This document shows positions 58,201 through 64,000 of a DNA stretch of 64,000 bases, piece by piece. The notes beneath the pieces are model-generated. The model did not search any database, had not been told where the DNA came from, and was given only the letters and a program-made list of their open reading frames with translations. Source of the DNA: Amoebophrya sp. A120 (Eukaryota > Protista > Dinoflagellata); contig CAJINV010000007.1 in assembly GCA_905178155.1 (NCBI GenBank), positions 3,490,265-3,554,264 on the forward strand, given 5' to 3'. The translations under genes were made by a program, and so were the position numbers. How positions within the stretch are numbered: position 1 is the first letter of the stretch; each line of letters begins with the position of its first letter.

Positions 58201-61200
58201 AAAAACGAAAGCGAAATCAGGGACGTCTCTCTCCCCCGAAAAACAACAGATGCAGCGTGGGAGTATCCAGGCGAGACAGCATAACAGCTTCCACTCGCTT
58301 CCGGACGACGCAGATGGGGATCAGGATGACAATGACGCAGAGGAGGATGATATGAGAGTGCACAATGGTCCATCCCCGCCTCCTCACTTGAAGCGGGGGG
58401 GGCATGAGCAGCAACACAAACAACGGCAGAAATGTAGTGACTTTCCCATGACAAAACTGCAACACCAGGGTCTGTTGTACTGCTATTCGAGGTTGTTCTA
58501 CTAAAGTTTACCATGCAGAGAGAGTCTATATAGTGGCGGCAGAAGCTTATTTTTTGGAAAATTTAAAAAAACATTGGGTGTCATAGATACTGGCTGCGGA
58601 GAGCACCACCACCGCCACGTGTGTCGAGCGTGCTCGGCTGCGGCGCCTGTGCAGCCGCGGTTGGAATTGATCGGAGAAAAAGAAGGTCGGGCGCCTGGTT
58701 GACATAAATGATAGGGCTGGGGGGCTGAACCTTACGAAGTGCACTGCACTCGCGGGCCCTGGCTCTAGCTCGATGCCCCGCCGAGGCCTGCGCCGATAGT
58801 AGTGGGGCCGCCGGCAAGCGGGCCCTGGTGGCATGCTTGCCAGTGGCTTCGCGTGTGTGTTTTGGCAGCGCGCCGGGCAGCAGGATGGGCCGGGGAGATG
58901 TGGCGAGGAGAAGCATTTCCGTGCCAGGCTTGTGAAAAGGCCTCGCTTAATGGCCGCGGGAAAATAACAACGCGCCCCGGGCTGCTAGGAGGGTGCGCTT
59001 TTTGCCTCCCGCAGCCCTTTCTGAAGCGTCGCCCGGCGGCTCTTGCTGCTTTTCTACCAGCTCTGGTGGCTGGCCCTTGGAGGGGCGATCGCTGGCGCGC
59101 CGGGGTTTCAGAGGGGCCGCGAAAGGGTCACCGCACCGGCTGGAGAACATGAAAAAAGCCCCGGAAACGTGCGGCGGCCAAAAACCGCGCCCGTTTTGAA
59201 ACCTGGGAGCAAGAGCGCCTGCCGCCGGAGTACCACAACCAAACTCCGGGCTGGAGGGGCGGAAACTCTTGGTCGCTGCGGCTGTGTCACTCCCGCCCCG
59301 GCCCCTGGAGGGGGCGTGGCAAGCGATTGGCCCGACCGAATGTCCGCCGCCCAGCGCACCCCCAAAGCGCGGGGCCTTTGCCTCTTTTGGAGGGGCATGA
59401 AACGGCACAAAGCGGACTGCCCCTCCTGCGTGCGTTATGCCCCGCAAGGGCAGTGGGGGTTCGCAGAGTAAGCCAGGCCAGAAGGGCTTCATTGATCGCC
59501 AAAAGCGCCGCCAGCCCCGTCCCTTTCCTTTTTGCCGCGCCATACTCGGATCGGGACAAAGCACGTGGCCGAACACTACCCGCCCGACCAGTCCTACCGA
59601 CTACGCCCAGTCGGGCACCTTCAACGAGGGCCAAGGACAGGGCGACGCAGATGCGCACCCACGGCCAAGGAAGGGAGCGCGCGACCGCAAAGAAACGGCC
59701 GCCCACCCCTTCTGCGTGTTATCTCCGAGGCGCGTCCCTAGCCCGCCCGCCCGCGGAAACCCGGGGAAGCGGCAGGGCCCCGGTCGCACCAAACGGGCGA
59801 AAACCCCTCCCCCACCCGAGCATGCGCCGGCGGCGAGAGGAGGGGGAGCAACCTGAGCAGAACTTGTTGGGCCCCCTCTTCCGACAGCCCGGAAGCTGGC
59901 CGCCTTAAATGGGCAAGGGTTTCGTGGAACGGCGCGCGCCGAGCACCCCGAACCCGGTTGGCACGCTTGTCGCCTCGACGGAGCTTCGGTTGGGAGGCTC
60001 CCCAACGGAAATGTGAGCCGGGCAACCGGAAACACCTGCCGGGGTAGGCTAAAGAGGCACCCCCCCAAAGTGGGCCCGTAGCATGCGGGGTCGCTCTTGC
60101 TTAGGGCCACTTTTGGAGACCCTATCCGGGCACCCCCGTCCGCGGGGCCCGGGGGGGCCCCGAAGTGGAAAACCAGTTGCGGCAAGGGCGGTCACGCAGC
60201 ACGCGCCCCACATGCGCCCCGGAGCGGCCGCGGGGCTGCGCAGCTGCCCGGGAGCTTGGCTCCGATTGCCCCGGCAAGCAAGAGCGCCGGCGGTCCTGGC
60301 GCCCCAAGCGCGTTGGCTTCTGGTTTTGGCGCCATGCGCCCCTCGGTCTGGCCGAAGGAAAACAGCGACAACAAGCACGGCCCACAGCATGCCGGTAGTG
60401 TTTTCCCCTGGAAATTGGTCCGCGTCCGCCCTGCATTGCCAGCCGGCCGGCTTCGCAATGTTGGCAGGGCGGCGCGCCGAAAGAGTAAGGCGGCCGTGGC
60501 GGTCCTGGTGTTTTTGGCATCCTCTAAAAGGGCCCCGGGCGCCGCGCACCTCTGCGCCCTACCTACTGCGCAAGCGCTGTGGATTTCGGCTCGGGCCAGG
60601 AAAGCAGTGGGGCGGCGGAGCCAGGCCTAATCCTTTCCGCCGTATATTTTTCAGGAAATCGGCCCAAGGCACGGCGGTCGGCCGAGGGGGCTTTTCAGGT
60701 TGTAGCCCGCCCGGGCTGGGGCCACTAGAGCACGGCGCGCCGCGGTCGGGCCCCCCTTACGCGGGCCGTCTGATCAGTTCCCCACCTGCAAAAAGGGGGG
60801 CCCGGGTGCCCCGCTGTGTTGCCCAGCGCGGCGGCGCTTGTACTCTGGCCTCCAAACGTGCTGGCAGTGTCGGCGGGCGGTTGTTTTCCGCGAAATTGGT
60901 ATCCGAAATGCCGCCGGGTAATTCTTGCAAGGAATCCCGCGACTTGGCGGAAGCGCGCTAGGGGGCGGCTTGGGAGGTGTAACCAAACCGCAGGCGCCTT
61001 GGCTGGGATGGAGCCACGTCTCCGCCCGCTTTGCAGGAATGGGGCTGCTCGAAAAGAGCGAGTGTCGCGCGGTTGGTGAATTGTGGTCTGCCGAGCAGGG
61101 GTCGTGGGCGGCGGCCGAGGGGTGTTGCGGCTCCTCGCCGGGCAATCAGGGATGGGCATTGCGGCCGATGATGCCGCCTGACCGGGGCGCAGGAGCATGG

Positions 61201-63612
61201 CCCCGGGGCATCTGGTGCGGCGCAAGGCGCTCGCCCATTCCACATCACGCCGTGCCTTTGGGTTGGCCAGATTCGGCCGCGCCTGCCGGGCCTCCGCCTG
61301 CCCCGACCAAATTCGGAGCGGCGCAGACCTGGCGGGATTGGCCCGTCTAGGGGTCAACGACGGGCCCGGCTCCCTGCCCACGATGCCCGCTCTAGCGTGC
61401 GCGGACGTTAAAGTTGACGTGACCTTTCGCGCCTTCTGCTAGGGGTTCTGCGGTGGTGTGATGTGTTTGACTTTGCGGCAGCACGGCAGAGCAAACTGGG
61501 TAAGCGTTGCGCTGGCGTGGGTCTTACGCCGTCCTGAGTCCAGAAGCGTGATGATTCGGCTGGGCTGCGGGGCCCACGATAAAGCCACCCAATATTTTTT
61601 TTAATTTTCGCAAAAATAAGCTTCTGCCGCCGCTATAGTCTAAAGCTACTTACGACTTGGAGTTGGATTTGTTTTGTTGCATCACAAAGGGCAGGGGAAG
61701 TTGTGCACTCCTGTCATAGATGATTACTTTCCACCGGAGGGCGCCGAGGACGAGTTTAGTGATGGGAGCGATTGTTTCCATGACGCGGAGTCCGATAACG
61801 ACATCGATCCAGAGATATCCATGCACAGCGACACCAGGTAGTACTTAAAGTTTTTCTTGTATGCAGCATCAAATCGTTGTACTGATGGCATGTGTTTGTT
61901 TTTGTGCAGAATGAGACCTCGGTCGCAGATGATTCTAGTAGCTTCGCACGACATAAATTTGTAAGCTCGCCGCGAGCCTACACTGTTGCCAAAAACTTTC
62001 AGATCAGAAGTTCCCTCGGTTCACCAGCCCTTTCGCAACAGCTGGCACGCGTTGTCAAATGGCCAAAACCCCTCGCACCACTCCGACTGCTTCCCCTATG
62101 TGGAGCCCGACAATCCAGAAAAGAAAAAGAACTGCTGGAGCCGGTCCGTCACGGCGTGGCAGGTCCGCGGGAAAAACTATCTGAAAGACAAGAAAAAAAT
62201 CGCCTCGCCCCCGCCCTTCGCGGTAGGCCTCGCGGCCGACATCTGTGACTGCCCCACGGCATTAGCGGTGTACGCTAGGCATCCAGAGGGATTTGTTCAG
62301 GTATAGATTGATGAAACGACTTTTTCAGAACAAGAATTATGATGGATTTATTCGTAAAAATTTTGCGATCTGGATGAAGATATTGATATGATATGGACCA
62401 TGAGTAGAACATCTTCACATTGTTCTTCGTGGTACGCCGCGAAATCGGAAAGAATAATCCCAAAATCAACAGCGTTGTCGAAAGGGCGGAGAGGGTCGGT
62501 TTCTGTTCGTGCTGAACTTTCGCTTTACCCCGAAGCATATCCTTTGCAAAAGTATCGTACTCGTACAAATGCCCGTCTTGCATGACAGATCTACTTGCAT
62601 ACCTGCATCTGCATGACAAGTTGCGCTTTTTCTTCTGCAGAAATTTGTCATACTCCTTCTACTAGTGCGATAGTTTTGTAATGCATAAAGCACATGGTCC
62701 TTGTGTGGGCCCTGGACCACAAGGAGTACCAAGACCCGATGTTCCAGAACTTTCTCTCCCTGCCGCCGGAAGAGAAAAGCAAATATTCTGAGTAAAAACG
62801 TCCCCACCCCAGAGTTGTCATGCAAATGTGCATGCCAAAAGCATCTCATGCGGAGCCCCGTGAGAAGCTCTTTCTAGGCGAGTTTTGGAGTTTGTGATGC
62901 TACAATCAGCATGATATGCTAGATTTATGATGCCCTGCTGAAATAGCCAAACAGGATTACACTTTGAGGGCAGACTTGTGATGCGAAACAAACAAAACTG
63001 GTTGATCTGTCTAGCAGGTTTGCCATCTTGATACCTTTCTGGGGACGTTTTTCCTCGCAATAGCAAACGCTTCAAATTCATCCCGTGCCTCGTCGAAGGC
63101 CCGTGGCTGGTCCGCCAGGCGGTGGGGACTAAACCGGCACTGCTGGGCAACAAAATTAAGTCCGATTGGTACCAGGGGGACGACTTTATAGAAATGTCCG
63201 TCGACATCTTCTCCTCCTCGTACGCCTCGCAAAAGTATCGCACTTCTAGTGCAAAACTGCATCACAATTTTTTTCAAGAACAAGGATGCAAGTTGTCATG
63301 CTATGTCAGGTGCTTAGAAAGAAAAATTAAGTTAGGGTTGTCATGCATGACTGGAATTATTTTTACCTGTGCGATACTTCTTTTGCAGAGGATACCTCGG
63401 CAGCCAGGGCGATTTTGGGGGTGACCAGCGGTGCGGCGCGGAAACTGATTCTGGAATTCGGTTTGTTGCTGGAAGGGCAGTCTGTGGACGAACTACCGGA
63501 GAGGATGATGACCGGATTTCGCATCATTTTCCCGGACCTAGACAAGGCGAGACTGATGTCTCCGGAGGAGGGCATGCCGCTGCTCAAAGGAGGCGGGGCG
63601 GCGCAAGGATAG
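55263..63612 (+). CDS. EDR2_C (DUF1336) domain protein with an N-terminal hydrophobic segment and an FFAT-like motif, 14 exons
   Basis: Motifs NCWS..WQVRGKNYLKDKKKIAS, RFKFIPCLVEGPWLVRQAVGTKPALLG, IEMSVDIFSSSAARAI and LEGQSVDELPE. Exons 55263-55652, 55890-55991, 56152-56421, 56649-56688, 57011-57120, 57302-57492, 57685-58350, 61724-61837, 61910-61960, 62003-62300, 62473-62537, 62693-62783, 63068-63220 and 63400-63612. The 61910-62002 region is tentative. Confidence 0.85.
55653..55884. mobile_element. Introner, family-A-related (232 bp, TSD AAGAC)
   Basis: TATCCAAGAAGAAAAAAATGC ... GCACTTTTTTCTGTTGGATA. Removal gives LSED|ARRRK. Confidence 0.85.
56422..56643. mobile_element. Introner, family D (222 bp, TSD TCCAG)
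   Basis: About 37-bp TIR TATGAGACTGCACAATTCCCCCTCCCCCTCATTTGTA. Removal gives GVIQ|LMDD. Confidence 0.9.
56689..57005. mobile_element. Introner, family C (317 bp, TSD GGTGG)
   Basis: Homologous to 21793-22114. Can be placed as GT-AG (56685-57006). Confidence 0.88.
57493..57679. mobile_element. Introner, family E (187 bp, TSD ACCCC/ACCGC), in frame and stop-free
   Basis: 28-bp TIR TATGCATAGCAAAAGTATCGTACTTGTA with 3 mismatches. Confidence 0.85.
58351..61718. mobile_element. Introner, family D (254 bp core, TSD GATGA), carrying a nested 3.1-kb element
   Basis: TATGAGAGTGCACAA ... TTGTGCACTCCTGTCATA. GATGA at 58346-58350 and 61719-61723. Removal gives AEEDD|YFPP. Confidence 0.85.
58529..61637. 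mobile_element. 3109-bp TIR DNA transposon (TSD GTCTA) with a GC-rich, apparently decayed interior
   Basis: About 52-bp TIR TATAG(T/C)GGCGGCAGAAGCTTATTTTT..GAAAATT..ATTGGGTG. GTCTA at 58524-58528 and 61638-61642. Confidence 0.92.
62538..62687. mobile_element. Introner, family E (150 bp, TSD AAGCA)
   Basis: Removal gives FTPK|HMVLVW inside the EDR2_C domain. Confidence 0.88.
62784..63062. mobile_element. Introner, family C2 (279 bp, TSD GCAAA)
   Basis: TATTCTGAGTAAAAACGTCCCCA ... TGGGGACGTTTTTCCTCGCAATA. Removal gives EKSK|RFKFIP. Confidence 0.92.
63221..63394. mobile_element. Introner, family E (174 bp, TSD CCTCG)
   Basis: TACGCCTCGCAAAAGTATCGCAC ... GTGCGATACTTCTTTTGCAGAGGATA. Removal gives DIFSSS|AARAIL. 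Confidence 0.9.
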
Positions 63613-64000
63613 CCGAGAAGCCTACCTACGCAATCAGACAGACATCACGACGACGTCGTGTTGTGCATTCGCCACAAGTGCTGGTTTGTTTCTGTGAAAT
63701 CGAGTTCGCCGGTGCAGTTTTCTTCGGTCTTGAAGAGCACTGAACATGTACTATACACCTTTCTCGATATTGAGCAGGACCACTGCTTTAGAGATGAATA
63801 CAGAAATCATATGATAGCGATGTTGAAATAATAATTCTATATTGATCTCTCAAGAACTCGAACTCGATGCTCAATACAATATAAGCTTAGGCTCACCTCA
63901 AGAAACTCTTTCGCAAAAAGTTGACGAGCAATGACTAGAGCTGGAGCTCACGTAATTATTTGAGGCTTTTATTTCAGCAAGAGCTTGTTGCTGGTGTTGT

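Noticed and set aside
58581-61442. Transposase gene within the 3.1-kb element
   Set aside because: Only short overlapping GC-driven ORFs are present, and no DDE, HTH or zinc-finger motif could be recognised by eye.
1-64000. rRNA, tRNA, snRNA or spliced-leader genes
   Set aside because: None were recognised by eye. A covariance-model search would be needed to exclude them.

Overview
This is eukaryotic, intron-rich DNA with about 15 genes, all on the + strand. The unidirectional layout, the low-complexity proteins and the TIR-bounded non-canonical introns suggest a dinoflagellate-lineage alveolate such as Amoebophrya; this taxon call is an inference. Recognisable products are a PI-PLC X-domain protein, a zeta/delta-class tubulin, a Methyltransf_24-type methyltransferase, an EDR2_C (DUF1336) protein, a coiled-coil protein with an alpha-adaptin-ear-like domain, and a HET-like-domain protein. 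The main signal is about 21 short elements (109-322 bp) inside coding sequence. Most start TAT and end ATA, have roughly 20-60 bp terminal inverted repeats (TIRs) and are flanked by a 5-bp target-site duplication (TSD). Removing each element plus one TSD copy restores the reading frame, but only 2 can be placed exactly as GT-AG introns. They form at least 7 TIR families that share an internal TTTGTCATGC motif, and one family occurs in both orientations. Two of them host larger nested elements (796 bp and 3109 bp) with the same end signature. A 5.6-kb GT-AG intron holds a 5.3-kb TTAA-flanked, satellite-filled element with another TIR element inside it. Gene models were built by hand from frame continuity and are not validated by transcripts.
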